Translations under genes and position numbers: made by a program
In this document: positions 1-9,770 of the stretch, in pieces
Layout: each line of letters begins with the position of its first letter
Position numbering within the stretch: position 1 is the first letter of the stretch
Source of the DNA: an uncultured SAR86 cluster bacterium
GTDB lineage: Bacteria; Pseudomonadota; Gammaproteobacteria; Magnimaribacterales; D2472
DNA: 64,000 bases
Direction of reading: 5' to 3'
Assembly (NCBI GenBank): GCA_902608115.1
Contig: CACLMT010000003.1
Span: 40,302-104,301 of the forward strand
The notes under the pieces: model-generated
Told to the model about the DNA's origin: nothing
Databases searched by the model: none
The model's input: the letters and a program-made list of their open reading frames with translations, nothing else

Positions 1-179
1 GGCACCTGCCAGTCAAAAACATTTTCTCCACTTTCAATAGCATGAACTGTTAAATCTGGTATCAGATCTTTTATATAATTAAGAGTTTTCCGGACACCTG
101 AACCAGTTAGACTTCTACAAATTGGATATAAGTCTTGAGCCCACTTGTACATATCTCGACCTTCTGAAGATTTTTTCAT
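1..179 (-). CDS. DUF4910-family (peptidase M28-like) protein typical of polysaccharide clusters; 5' part only, runs off the window
   Basis: Manual translation from ATG at 179: MKKSSEGRDMYKWAQDLYPICRSLTGSGVRKTL...ESGENVFDWQVP, matching the DUF4910 N-terminal pattern LxPxCRSxTGxGVRxTL...VFDWxVP. Confidence 0.8.
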   Translation of the reverse strand, partial: MKKSSEGRDMYKWAQDLYPICRSLTGSGVRKTLNYIKDLIPDLTVHAIESGENVFDWQV

Positions 180-184
180 ATTAT

Positions 185-1249
185 TTAAATAATTGGTTTT
201 TCTAGGGATTGATTTTTGACTGGGGTATTTTTTAAAACATCATGTTTAATCTTTTGTCCAATAATGTCTTTTAAATATTTTGGTGGAATTCCAAATCCAG
301 GCCTAACACTTCTTACAGCATCCTCTGAAATGATATCACCAGACTTCATATCTTTAACAAAATATAAAGATCTCCTGAACTGAACATTTGCTTCTTCGCT
401 AGATTTTCTAGAAAAATTTATATCCCCTAAAGCGCTCCAAGCAACATTAGCTCCTTTGCATAACTCTGCCATTTCAGATGGCTCTAAAGAGAAACTATCA
501 TCTGGGCCACCGCCTTTTCGATCAAGTGTGAAATGCTTCTCAATGATAGAGGCGCCAAGAGCTACGCTTGCAATTGCAGTATTATTATCTAATGTATGAT
601 CAGATAAGCCTATAACCAATCCAAATTTATCTCTCATATGTGAAATAGTTTTTAAATTGTAATCTTCTGCTGGAGCTGGATATCCGCTAACACAATGCAG
701 AATTGCTAATTCAGAGCAGCCTCCACTTCTAGCGGCTTCAATTGCCTCTTCAATTTCTTCTTCATTAGCCATGCCAGTTGAAATTATCATTGGCTTATTG
801 GTGCTTGCAACGTATTCAATTAAAGGAAGATCAATTACTTCAAAAGAAGCAATCTTATATGCAGGCGCATTGAGATCTTCTAATAAATCTACTGCTGTAT
901 TATCAAAAGGAGAACTAAAAATTGAAATCCCAACTTTCTGTGCGTGTTTAAAAAGAATTTCGTGCCATTCCCATGGCATATGCGCTTCATCATATAAATC
1001 AAAGAGAGTTTTTCCATCCCATAATCCTCCATGGATTTGAAAATCTGAATCATTAGAATTTAATGTAATTGTTTCTGCTGTATAGGTCTGCAATTTCACC
1101 GCATCAGCGCCAGCCTTCTTTGCTTCTTCTATTATTTTCATAGCAGTTTCAATATTTCCATTGTGATTTGCTGAAAGCTCAGCAATTACATATGGAGAAT
1201 GATTCGCAGAAATAATGCGTTTATTAATTTCTATTTTAGGTTCAGACAT
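185..1249 (-). CDS. pseI: Pseudaminic acid synthase (NeuB family with C-terminal SAF domain)
   Basis: IAELSANHNG, KLQTYTAETIT, YKIASFE, GLSDHT, IEKHFTLDR, FRRSLY motifs; follows pseC-G-H. Confidence 0.92.
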   Translation of the reverse strand: MSEPKIEINKRIISANHSPYVIAELSANHNGNIETAMKIIEEAKKAGADAVKLQTYTAETITLNSNDSDFQIHGGLWDGKTLFDLYDEAHMPWEWHEILFKHAQKVGISIFSSPFDNTAVDLLEDLNAPAYKIASFEVIDLPLIEYVASTNKPMIISTGMANEEEIEEAIEAARSGGCSELAILHCVSGYPAPAEDYNLKTISHMRDKFGLVIGLSDHTLDNNTAIASVALGASIIEKHFTLDRKGGGPDDSFSLEPSEMAELCKGANVAWSALGDINFSRKSSEEANVQFRRSLYFVKDMKSGDIISEDAVRSVRPGFGIPPKYLKDIIGQKIKHDVLKNTPVKNQSLEKPII

Positions 1250-1757
1250 CTTTATGAGCCAATTTTCTTATCCAATCTTCACGCAAAAAACTATAGCAAA
1301 TTATATCTTGATATTTTAAGCCTTGTTTAGATTGCTCTCTGAGAACTCCCTCCTCAATAAAACCCAATTTTAAATGAAAATTTACAGATGCTTTATTAGA
1401 ACTTAGAGCTTGGCCACAAACTTTATCAAGATTTAATTTTTTAAAAGCATAATCAAGAGCGCTTAACCCCAATCTTGTGCCAGTTCCTTTAGGAGAATCT
1501 GGGGCTGAATAAAACCCCCAATTAGCCGAGGAGCTTTCAGGAATTATATTAAAATTTACATATCCTAATGGAACACCATCCTCTTCATAAATCATTGGAT
1601 ATTTATTAACATCTGATTGAATAGATTTAAACCAATCAGTATGTTCAGATAAAGATATCTCATGCTGTGTTAGCATGCTTCGACGAATAGATGGATGATT
1701 TCTCCATCTTAAAACGTTATCTAAGTCACTCTCCTCCATTGGTCTAATAATGCCCAT
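1242..1757 (-). CDS. pseH: UDP-4-amino-4,6-dideoxy-N-acetyl-L-altrosamine N-acetyltransferase (GNAT)
   Basis: WRNHPSIR, ISLSEHxxWF, WGFY, FHLKLGF motifs; position in pse cluster. Confidence 0.88.
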   Translation of the reverse strand: MGIIRPMEESDLDNVLRWRNHPSIRRSMLTQHEISLSEHTDWFKSIQSDVNKYPMIYEEDGVPLGYVNFNIIPESSSANWGFYSAPDSPKGTGTRLGLSALDYAFKKLNLDKVCGQALSSNKASVNFHLKLGFIEEGVLREQSKQGLKYQDIICYSFLREDWIRKLAHKDV

Positions 1758-1759
1758 AA

Positions 1760-2812
1760 TTACTTTTGAATATGCTCTATAACTCTTTTCGCTCCATATC
1801 CATCCACTAAATCAGCAGATACCTTGGAAGCTGCAATCAAGTTTCTTGCATTAGCAAAAAAAGCTATTGCACTTTCGAAATTATGACCATCGCTAAACTC
1901 TTGGTCTATTACAATTGAACCTTTAGATTGATGTAATGCTATTGCCCCAGGCTTTTGATTTTCAGCGAGTACTACTGAAATTGAAGGAATTCCAAGACAG
2001 CACCTTTCCCAAGCAGAAGTTCCCACCGCACCAATTACAAGGTCTTGAGTTGCAAGAAGTTCAGCCATGTGCTGAACATCTACATAAATTTTAGTTTCCC
2101 AAGGCATTTTAGATAACTGTTCCTTAACTGAAGAAATATGAGGAGATGCTCCCCCTAAGAGAATTGAAATTTTAGCATCAATACTAATAGTGCAATTATT
2201 TAACCTCTGTAATATTTTAGTTGTAATATTTTTGGGGTCACTGCCACCCATGCTAATGAGAATATTTTTTAAATCTGTATTCTCTCTATATTGAAGAGAA
2301 GCAGATCTCATGTTAATAAACTCATCTCTAATTAAACAATAATCTAAACCTGTTAATATGTTAGATTTTTCAGGTACTAGATTTACATAATCAAGATTTG
2401 TCCTTCCTAAATTTTGATCCAATAAAACATCGCAATCATGCGCCCTATTTGCAAGATCATCAATAACCATTAATTTTTTATTTTTTGATTTTAGCTTTTG
2501 CTCCCAAAGGTAATCTATAGAGTAATGATCAACAATTAACCATTTAATATTTAATGAATCAACAATTTCTTTTGTTAATGCTGAGTCCTTTTCCCAATCA
2601 AAAGATTCATTGATAGGGGTTGGTAAAATAAATAATTCATGACCCATTGAGGTAACTTTAGAATGTAAACTCTCACTCAGCTCCCTTGATACAAAACAAG
2701 AATTTAAAGACTTTTTGCTTAACATGTCTGCAATGGTTAAGCACCGCATAAGATGGCCATGGCCTATTTCAGTGGAGGCATCCACTCTAAATGCATAACT
2801 AAACACAGTCAT
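1760..2812 (-). CDS. pseG: UDP-2,4-diacetamido-2,4,6-trideoxy-L-altropyranose hydrolase
   Basis: FRVDASxxIGHGHLMRC, IVDHY, IDDLANR, MGGSDP, WERCCLGIP. Confidence 0.92.
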   Translation of the reverse strand: MTVFSYAFRVDASTEIGHGHLMRCLTIADMLSKKSLNSCFVSRELSESLHSKVTSMGHELFILPTPINESFDWEKDSALTKEIVDSLNIKWLIVDHYSIDYLWEQKLKSKNKKLMVIDDLANRAHDCDVLLDQNLGRTNLDYVNLVPEKSNILTGLDYCLIRDEFINMRSASLQYRENTDLKNILISMGGSDPKNITTKILQRLNNCTISIDAKISILLGGASPHISSVKEQLSKMPWETKIYVDVQHMAELLATQDLVIGAVGTSAWERCCLGIPSISVVLAENQKPGAIALHQSKGSIVIDQEFSDGHNFESAIAFFANARNLIAASKVSADLVDGYGAKRVIEHIQK

Positions 2813-2815
2813 GAA

Positions 2816-3979
2816 TTAAACAATAATTTTTTTAAGTGTATTAATTACGTGATCTTGTTCTTCTTGGGTTAAAGTTGGATAAATCGGAATACTTAATGCT
2901 TCCCGATGATAACCTTCAGATTCAAGGCAATAACCTGCTTCAAAGCCCATTTTTTCATAAAAGGGCTGTCTATAAACAGGTATATAATGAAGATTTACCA
3001 TTATCCCAAGATCACATAACTCATCATGAATTTGAGGTTGAGTCTTTGTAATTTTCTCTAAATCAAGTCTTATAATATAAAGATGGTAGCTTGAAAATGT
3101 ATCTGGGTGTTGCCATGGTGTTCGTAAAGGCAATGAATTAAGCTCCTGATTATATCGATCTGCAATCTTATGTCTTTGTTTGATAATTTCTTTAAGCCTC
3201 TTTATTTGACTAAGACCTAAGGATGCTGCTATATCAGTCATTCTGTAGTTATAACCTAAGCGTATTTGTTGATAATTCCATATTTCATTATCAGGTCTCT
3301 CTATCATTTCTTTGGGATTTGATGTAATACCATGACTCCGATGCTGGCGTAACTTATTTGCAAGAATAGAATCATTAGTTAATGCCATTCCACCCTCACC
3401 CGTAGTAATAATTTTTACAGGATGAAAACTAAATACAGTTATATCACTATAAAAACAACTTCCTACCGGCATGTTTTTATAGGTACCTCCTATTGCATGG
3501 GATGCATCCTCAATAATCTTAAAACCGTATTTTTTACTTAAAGATTTAATCTCTTTCATCTCACAAGATTGTCCACTTAAATGAACTGGAACTAGGATTT
3601 TTGGTAAATTTTTATTTTGTTCTGCTATTTCTAATTTCTTTTTTAACTTCTCCACGCTGATGTTATAAGTTTGTGGGTCAATATCAACAAAATCTATTTT
3701 TGCACCACAATAAAGCGCGCAGTTTGAAGTGGCTACAAAAGTATTAGGGCAAGTCCATAGCCAGTCACCTGGTCCTAAATCAAGCGCCATACATGCAATA
3801 TGCAATGCTGATGTTGCACTATTAACTGCCACAGCATGCTTTGCACCAGTATACTCACATGTCACTTTTTCAAAAGATGGAACCACCGGTCCTTGAGTCA
3901 ATAAATCAGAGTTTAAAACGTCAACAACAGCAGCAACATCATCCTTTGTTATTTCTTGCCTTCCATATTTAATTTTCAT
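2816..3979 (-). CDS. pseC: UDP-4-amino-4,6-dideoxy-N-acetyl-L-altrosamine transaminase (DegT/DnrJ family)
   Basis: YGRQxI, LTQGP, NSATSALH, FSFHPVK(PLP Lys)IITTGEGG, LGYNYRMTD. Confidence 0.92.
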   Translation of the reverse strand: MKIKYGRQEITKDDVAAVVDVLNSDLLTQGPVVPSFEKVTCEYTGAKHAVAVNSATSALHIACMALDLGPGDWLWTCPNTFVATSNCALYCGAKIDFVDIDPQTYNISVEKLKKKLEIAEQNKNLPKILVPVHLSGQSCEMKEIKSLSKKYGFKIIEDASHAIGGTYKNMPVGSCFYSDITVFSFHPVKIITTGEGGMALTNDSILANKLRQHRSHGITSNPKEMIERPDNEIWNYQQIRLGYNYRMTDIAASLGLSQIKRLKEIIKQRHKIADRYNQELNSLPLRTPWQHPDTFSSYHLYIIRLDLEKITKTQPQIHDELCDLGIMVNLHYIPVYRQPFYEKMGFEAGYCLESEGYHREALSIPIYPTLTQEEQDHVINTLKKIIV

Positions 3980-3986
3980 TACTATC

Positions 3987-4829
3987 TTAAACCTCGGTTG
4001 AATGCTCTATGGGAAGTATCCGTCCGTGGTATTGCCCCATTTCATATGCATTATTTAGAATTAATAAATTATCATTAGTTACTATTTCTGTATTTTCTCT
4101 ATATTTTAAAGAAGCTCCTGTATATGTTTCATAATCAGTACAGGGTATCCAGCAATCTACTTTAAAATCAGATATTGCCTCAAGATTAATTTGAGATGAG
4201 CAGCTTTTTAGCAACATTTCATATGGGTTTAAACCATCATCTTTACCTAATTTGGGTTGAGCATAAAAATGGCCATAAGATTTTGGTTTCATAAGATAAT
4301 CACAGCCGACTAGAATTGCTTTTTTAAAACCTAAGCTTATTGCAAGTCCAATAGCTGCATATAAACCGCCAGCTAGATAACTAAATTCCGAACATATATC
4401 TAAGTAATTTGAATGAGGATCTCTTTTCCCAAAATGATGGAGATAATGAGTATTCTTTAATGGTGCACCTAACATATTTGTAAAACTAGTAAAAAGATTT
4501 AATTCTGGAAATTTTGCAATCTCAGATCTAAATAAATTACCCATAATATTCTTTTCATATTTTTGTTTATAAGGGTTTTTGAAATAATGATAAAACGAAA
4601 AAGGTTCTGGTAATGTATAACAACAAGTATCAAGAAGATAAAAATCTTTATGCAAAACTAGATGATTAATCCCAATGGTTGGATAATTAGTAAAATGTGA
4701 AAAGTCTATGCTTTTCAAGGAAGCTCCATTTCCAAAAATATAACAAGTTTGATCGATGAAACTATTCTTAAAAAGAAAGTTTCTTCTGAACACAGGCTCT
4801 AATGCTTTATGAAGCAAATTATTCTTCAT
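3987..4829 (-). CDS. Putative nonulosonic-acid transferase (GT42/Cst-like or Maf/DUF115-like fold)
   Basis: YIFGNGASLKSIDFS and AIGLAISLGFKKAILVGCDY resemble Cst-II motifs IIAGNGPSLKEIDYS and AIALGYKEIYLSGIDF; lies between neu and pse genes. Confidence 0.55.
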   Translation of the reverse strand: MKNNLLHKALEPVFRRNFLFKNSFIDQTCYIFGNGASLKSIDFSHFTNYPTIGINHLVLHKDFYLLDTCCYTLPEPFSFYHYFKNPYKQKYEKNIMGNLFRSEIAKFPELNLFTSFTNMLGAPLKNTHYLHHFGKRDPHSNYLDICSEFSYLAGGLYAAIGLAISLGFKKAILVGCDYLMKPKSYGHFYAQPKLGKDDGLNPYEMLLKSCSSQINLEAISDFKVDCWIPCTDYETYTGASLKYRENTEIVTNDNLLILNNAYEMGQYHGRILPIEHSTEV

Positions 4830-4844
4830 GATTTGTGAGTTTAG

Positions 4845-5495
4845 CTAAATATTTAAAAAATTTTTTAACATCTGTAAACCTATTTTTCCGCTTTTTTCTG
4901 GATGAAATTGGCAACCTATAACATTCTCAGATTGAATAACTGCCGGAATAAAATTATCTCCATACAAACAACCAGCAATTAAGTGTTTAGAATCTTCTGG
5001 CTGAGCCATGTAAGAATGAACAAAATATAGGGCAGAATCTTCTTTGGTGTCTTCCAAAAGAGTTCCCTTCCAACTAACTCCTTCTTCTTTGGGTTTAACT
5101 AAATTGTTCCAACCAATATGTGGAATTTTTAATTTACTACCATCTTTAGCATGAGAAGGAACAGCTGTAACTTTACCTGATATTAAACCTAAACCGTCTG
5201 TTAAACCAAATTCTTCGCTCTCATCAAGCAAAAACTGCATCCCCAAACATATTCCTAGCAAAGGTGTACCTTTAGAAGTTAAGTCATGAATTAAAGAAAT
5301 GAAATCTCTTTTATCTAATTCAGCCATCCCATCCGCAAATGCACCAACACCTGGTAAAACCACCCTATCAGATTGAAATATTTCTTCAGGGTCTCCAGTA
5401 ACTTTTACCAATGCATCGTTATATTCTAAACCTCTCCTTACACTTAAGAGGTTCCCTACACCATAATCTATGACTGTAACAGTTTTAAGCGTCAT
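4845..5495 (-). CDS. HisH-like glutamine amidotransferase subunit (WbuY-type, glycan-cluster paralog)
   Basis: IDYGVGN, LPGVGAF, LGICLGMQ, YFVHSY, QFHPEKS catalytic triad; adjacent to N-acetyl sugar amidotransferase. Confidence 0.88.
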   Translation of the reverse strand: MTLKTVTVIDYGVGNLLSVRRGLEYNDALVKVTGDPEEIFQSDRVVLPGVGAFADGMAELDKRDFISLIHDLTSKGTPLLGICLGMQFLLDESEEFGLTDGLGLISGKVTAVPSHAKDGSKLKIPHIGWNNLVKPKEEGVSWKGTLLEDTKEDSALYFVHSYMAQPEDSKHLIAGCLYGDNFIPAVIQSENVIGCQFHPEKSGKIGLQMLKNFLNI

Positions 5496-6258
5496 ATTTT
5501 CTTACACCTATATCTGCTTTATTTGCCTCTTCTCTGATTAAATTAATTGTTGATCGCTCATAATGCAAAATATCAGCCATCGCAATTGCATCTGCTCCAC
5601 CTTCTTCAATTGCAAATCTAATATGCTCCTCAGACCCCATACCACCACTAGCTATAACCGGAATATTAACTGCATCGGTTATTTTTTTGATTAGATCAAT
5701 ATCAAAACCTTTTCTCGTACCCTCATAATCTATAGAAGTTAGTAAGATTTCTCCGGCACCTTGCTCCACGCCTTCTTTTGCCCAATCTACGACGTCTATT
5801 CCTGTTTTTTCTCTTCCAGAATCTGTGTAAACTTCCCACATAGTATCAGACTGTTTTTTAGCCTCGATTGATAAAACCATACATTGAGAGCCAAATCTCC
5901 TGGAAACTTCATTTATGAGGCTTGGTCTTTGAACTGCAGCAGTATTAATTGCCACTTTATCTGCTCCAGCTCTTAATAACTCTCTTACATCCTCAATGTT
6001 TCGAATTCCGCCTCCGACAGTTAAAGGGACAAAAACATTTTCTGCAGTTCTAGAAACTATTTCTGGTAATTTGCTCCTACCATATAAGCTTGCAACGATA
6101 TCAATATATATTAATTCATCAGCGCCTTGCTCATAATACTTTTTAGCATGCTCTTGTGGGTCTCCAATAACCCTTAGCCCCTCTAGATGAATTCCTTTAA
6201 TAAGATTTGGTCCTTTAATATCAAGCCTCGCTATTAATCGAACTTTCTTATGCTTCAT
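5485..6258 (-). CDS. HisF-like cyclase-fold subunit (WbuZ-type, glycan-cluster paralog)
   Basis: RLIARLDIKG, GADEL, PLTVGGGIR, GAGEILLTSID, PVIASGG. Confidence 0.88.
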   Translation of the reverse strand: MKHKKVRLIARLDIKGPNLIKGIHLEGLRVIGDPQEHAKKYYEQGADELIYIDIVASLYGRSKLPEIVSRTAENVFVPLTVGGGIRNIEDVRELLRAGADKVAINTAAVQRPSLINEVSRRFGSQCMVLSIEAKKQSDTMWEVYTDSGREKTGIDVVDWAKEGVEQGAGEILLTSIDYEGTRKGFDIDLIKKITDAVNIPVIASGGMGSEEHIRFAIEEGGADAIAMADILHYERSTINLIREEANKADIGVRKYDA

Positions 6259-6265
6259 TTTTTTC

Positions 6266-7489
6266 TTAATCTAATCTTTTTTGATCATGCCAAACTGCTC
6301 TTTTTAAATTCCACTCATCTCCTTCCTTCTCCCAAAGATGAGGAGAGCGAAATTTATCAACAGTTTCATGGAACTCATCTTCAGTTAAAGAAATATATTC
6401 CAAAAATTCCTTAAAATATTTCTTTGGAAACTCTTCATCAAATTTCTTAACTAACTGCGCCCCTTCTTCTCTTGTAATTTTGTTATTTCTAATTTCTTGT
6501 GCAGCATCATAAGTTGCTCTACCAATACCAAATTTTACAAGTGTGGTGTAGTAATGAAACATATCTATACGGTCATCTATGCTGCTATATTTAGAATAAG
6601 TTCCTTCTGTTCTCTCAGTATTAGATTGAAATCCAGTATGCTCAGTAGCATAGTAGTAACATTCCTGAGGGTCCCATTTAAGGTAATAACCAAGATAATG
6701 AACCTCTACATTCTTTGATTCAAGATAATCTGCACTGGGAGGAATATAGGGTGCAAAATCATTTAAAGTAAAGTCAGTTTCCTCCAAGATATCTCTTATC
6801 TTCTTACCACCAAGAACAATATCAAGAGGATCACTAATCGAGAAAAACTTCCTATCCATTGTAGGAATATAATTATCATCTACATTATTTCCATATTCAG
6901 CTTGATTCTCACCATACATAACTAACTCAACACCAAACTTTGCTGCCATAGATGGTCCAATAATCCTCTGTCCAACAATAAAAGGCTGGAAAGGATGTAA
7001 AAGATTAATAAATGCTTGCTTAGTTAAATATCTATGAAGTCGTCCATTAGGTGTAAGCAACATGTTATCTAAGCCGCCCACATGAATCCAATTCTCAAAA
7101 TTCTTCCATCCAATTTCAGTATACTTATGAGGCGCCCAAGTTACCGTAAGAGGATTCATACCATATTTATATTTCAGTATATGAGATGTATACGCGCTAT
7201 CTTTACCTCCACTTCCAGGAATTACAATGTCATAACTTCCATCATGTTTCCTATACTTCTCACAGAGTTCAGCAAGGGTATCCTCCCTATCTTTCCAATT
7301 AATAGAATTCGCTTTAGTTTCCTGATAATGACAAGCAGCACAAACTCCATTATTGTCAAAACCTATGGTTGATTTTTTTTCATCTTTTGAATGCTTGAAT
7401 TCAACTGTAGAGCTTGGTCGCTGATTGGAGATTACACAGCGTTTGCAAAAAATAACCTCTGAAGGCAATCCAAAGAATGTATCTGTCAT
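6266..7489 (-). CDS. N-acetyl sugar amidotransferase (WbuX/PseA/WbpG-like)
   Basis: N-terminal CxxC...CxxC, PP-loop SGGKDS, KFGIGRAT, ITREEG; AAGGAG RBS upstream. Confidence 0.9.
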   Translation of the reverse strand: MTDTFFGLPSEVIFCKRCVISNQRPSSTVEFKHSKDEKKSTIGFDNNGVCAACHYQETKANSINWKDREDTLAELCEKYRKHDGSYDIVIPGSGGKDSAYTSHILKYKYGMNPLTVTWAPHKYTEIGWKNFENWIHVGGLDNMLLTPNGRLHRYLTKQAFINLLHPFQPFIVGQRIIGPSMAAKFGVELVMYGENQAEYGNNVDDNYIPTMDRKFFSISDPLDIVLGGKKIRDILEETDFTLNDFAPYIPPSADYLESKNVEVHYLGYYLKWDPQECYYYATEHTGFQSNTERTEGTYSKYSSIDDRIDMFHYYTTLVKFGIGRATYDAAQEIRNNKITREEGAQLVKKFDEEFPKKYFKEFLEYISLTEDEFHETVDKFRSPHLWEKEGDEWNLKRAVWHDQKRLD

Positions 7490-7512
7490 TTTATAGCTCC
7501 TTAAAAAAATAC

Positions 7513-7518
7513 ATTATA
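7513..7518 (-). promoter_or_regulatory. Possible internal -10 box (TATAAT) ahead of the amidotransferase/pse block
   Basis: Perfect TATAAT on the minus strand in the only ~100-bp gap inside the glycan cluster; no clear -35; AT-rich background. Confidence 0.3.
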
Positions 7519-7595
7519 CGTTTTTAAAATCTCTTAAAAATAATTTATTTCTTAAACAAATTTATTGCTGAAATAATTCTTAAGGCAAATCGATT

Positions 7596-8726
7596 TTAAT
7601 TAAGATCAACAAAAAATTTCTGCTTTGGCATATTCCAAAATTCTTTGTTATTAATTATTTCATAGAACTTCTGCGCACTATTACCATCACCAAAAATCAT
7701 AGACGGTTCATAATTTTTACCTTCAACACCTTGTATTGCTTGAGAAATATCATCTAAATTAAAGTCTGAGTCAGTAATACTGGGTAAAGATACTCTATTA
7801 TTCTGTCTAGAGCCTAAATTAATAGTTGGGACCCCAAAATGAGGGGCTTCTCTAACACCAGCACTCGAATTACCAATCATAAAGTCAGCATTTTGAAGCA
7901 ATTGCAAAAAATGCTCGAATCTCATTGATGGAAAAACTCTAAAATTTTTATGATTAGATAAGTTTTCATATGCATCAAAAATTATCTCTGAGCCATGATC
8001 ATTATTTGGATAGATTACAACATAGTTCTTCTTAGATTGAATTAATCCGTCAATTAGAATCTGAATATGATTTTTTAAATTATCCAATTCTGTTGTTACA
8101 GGATGAAAAATTGCGACTGCATAATTATCATAATCAATCTCATATCGTTTTTTTACTTCTTCTAATGAGGGTAAAGAACTTGAATTCATAATATCAATAT
8201 CAGGGGAGCCAATTACATATGTAGATTCTGTTCTCTCTCCTAACTGCAACAGCCTTTTTTGAGCATCTTCATTTGCTACAAAATGAGCATGAGATAATTT
8301 TGTTACAGCATGGCGAATAAGCTCATCTACTGTTCCAGAAACCTCTCCGCCCTCTATATGACCTGTTAAGACATTATTTAATGCTCCAACGGTTGCACCA
8401 GCTAATGCCTCTACTCGATCACCATGAACAATAATTAAATCTGGATTAATTTCTCTAACATAGTCTGATAAACCTAAAATTGATTTAGCTAATACATGAT
8501 CCATTCCATCTGAAACATTCTGATTTATAAATTTATGAATATTCTGAAAATTAGCTTTTTCAACTTCTTCACATGTATAACCATATTTAGCTAGCATATG
8601 CATGCCAGTAACAAAAACATGAAGCTGAAAGTTAATGTCGTCTTGAATAATTTTCATCAAAGACTTTAACTTTCCAAAATCAGCTCTAGTACCTGTAACA
8701 AAAATTATCTTTTTTTGATTTTGCAT
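7596..8726 (-). CDS. neuC: Hydrolysing UDP-GlcNAc 2-epimerase (SiaA/NeuC type)
   Basis: TGTRADFGK, TGMH, HGDRVEA, HIEGGExSGTVDE, GSPDID, GNSSAGVREAP. Confidence 0.92.
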   Translation of the reverse strand: MQNQKKIIFVTGTRADFGKLKSLMKIIQDDINFQLHVFVTGMHMLAKYGYTCEEVEKANFQNIHKFINQNVSDGMDHVLAKSILGLSDYVREINPDLIIVHGDRVEALAGATVGALNNVLTGHIEGGEVSGTVDELIRHAVTKLSHAHFVANEDAQKRLLQLGERTESTYVIGSPDIDIMNSSSLPSLEEVKKRYEIDYDNYAVAIFHPVTTELDNLKNHIQILIDGLIQSKKNYVVIYPNNDHGSEIIFDAYENLSNHKNFRVFPSMRFEHFLQLLQNADFMIGNSSAGVREAPHFGVPTINLGSRQNNRVSLPSITDSDFNLDDISQAIQGVEGKNYEPSMIFGDGNSAQKFYEIINNKEFWNMPKQKFFVDLN

Positions 8727-8727
8727 A

Positions 8728-9768
8728 TCACTTCTCTACATGAGATTTTGTCAATTGTTCGCCAGCTTTTATTGGGGCAAGGATCGGTTTACCAATTAAA
8801 TTTTCATAATCAGCTGCAGAGTAATCTCCTTCGCCTGGTCTACGCACCCATATATTTTCTTCACTTAATAACTCACCCCCTTCAATATCTTTTATTGCAA
8901 CGACTGAAGCAAAAGCAAACGCTATAGTTGCCTCCTCTTCGGGTACTGGGTGTTTGTCACCACCTCTTTCGGTAAAAAGGATTTTTGATCCATGAATTAA
9001 TTCAGATAAGGAATTAGGATCCATAGAGCATACAATATCTGGTCCCGGTCTATCTAATGAATCTGTAAAATGTCTCTCAAGGATAGATGCTCCTAAGGCG
9101 ACAGCGCCAAAGCATGCCAAATTGTCTGTTGTATGATCAGACAATCCAACCACTGCATCAGGAAACTCAGATTGTAAAACTTTCATTGCTCCCAGCCTTA
9201 CTAACTCTGGAGGAGTTGGATATATGTTTGTCGTGTGTAATAAAGCATATGGAATACTGAATTTACGTAAAATTTCAACTGCTGGTCTAATTGAATCAAT
9301 TGAATTCATTCCAGTGCTTAAAATAATTGGTTTACCTGATCTTGCAATATGTTTTATTAAGGGGTAATTATTGCATTCTCCGGAACCAATTTTATATGCA
9401 GGTACATTAAATCTTTCTAATCTATCAGCTGCGGCTCGTGAAAAAGGAGTGCTAATAAAAATACAATTTCTTGATTTAATGTGCTCCATTAAAACATGCT
9501 CTTCCTCTTCATTAAGAGCGCATCTAGCCATAATTTCATATATAGAAACATCCGCGTTACCAGGAACAACTTCTTTTGCCTCAGCTGACATCTCGTCCTC
9601 AACAATATGAGTTTGATGCTTTATAATTTCAGCTCCTGCTTCAATTGCTGCATCTGCCATTGAGATTGCTAGATCTAAACTACCCTCATGATTAATACCA
9701 ATCTCAGCTATTACAACAGGAGGATGATTGTCTCCTATTATTCTGTTATTAATTTTTATTTCAGGCAT
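8728..9768 (-). CDS. neuB: N-acetylneuraminate synthase (SiaC/NeuB1 type)
   Basis: [65 protein letters not shown]. Confidence 0.92.
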   Translation of the reverse strand: MPEIKINNRIIGDNHPPVVIAEIGINHEGSLDLAISMADAAIEAGAEIIKHQTHIVEDEMSAEAKEVVPGNADVSIYEIMARCALNEEEEHVLMEHIKSRNCIFISTPFSRAAADRLERFNVPAYKIGSGECNNYPLIKHIARSGKPIILSTGMNSIDSIRPAVEILRKFSIPYALLHTTNIYPTPPELVRLGAMKVLQSEFPDAVVGLSDHTTDNLACFGAVALGASILERHFTDSLDRPGPDIVCSMDPNSLSELIHGSKILFTERGGDKHPVPEEEATIAFAFASVVAIKDIEGGELLSEENIWVRRPGEGDYSAADYENLIGKPILAPIKAGEQLTKSHVEK

Positions 9769-9770
9769 TT

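Noticed and set aside
4845..6258. hisH/hisF as part of a histidine operon
   Set aside because: No other his genes adjacent; linked to an N-acetyl sugar amidotransferase, the typical glycan-cluster paralog arrangement
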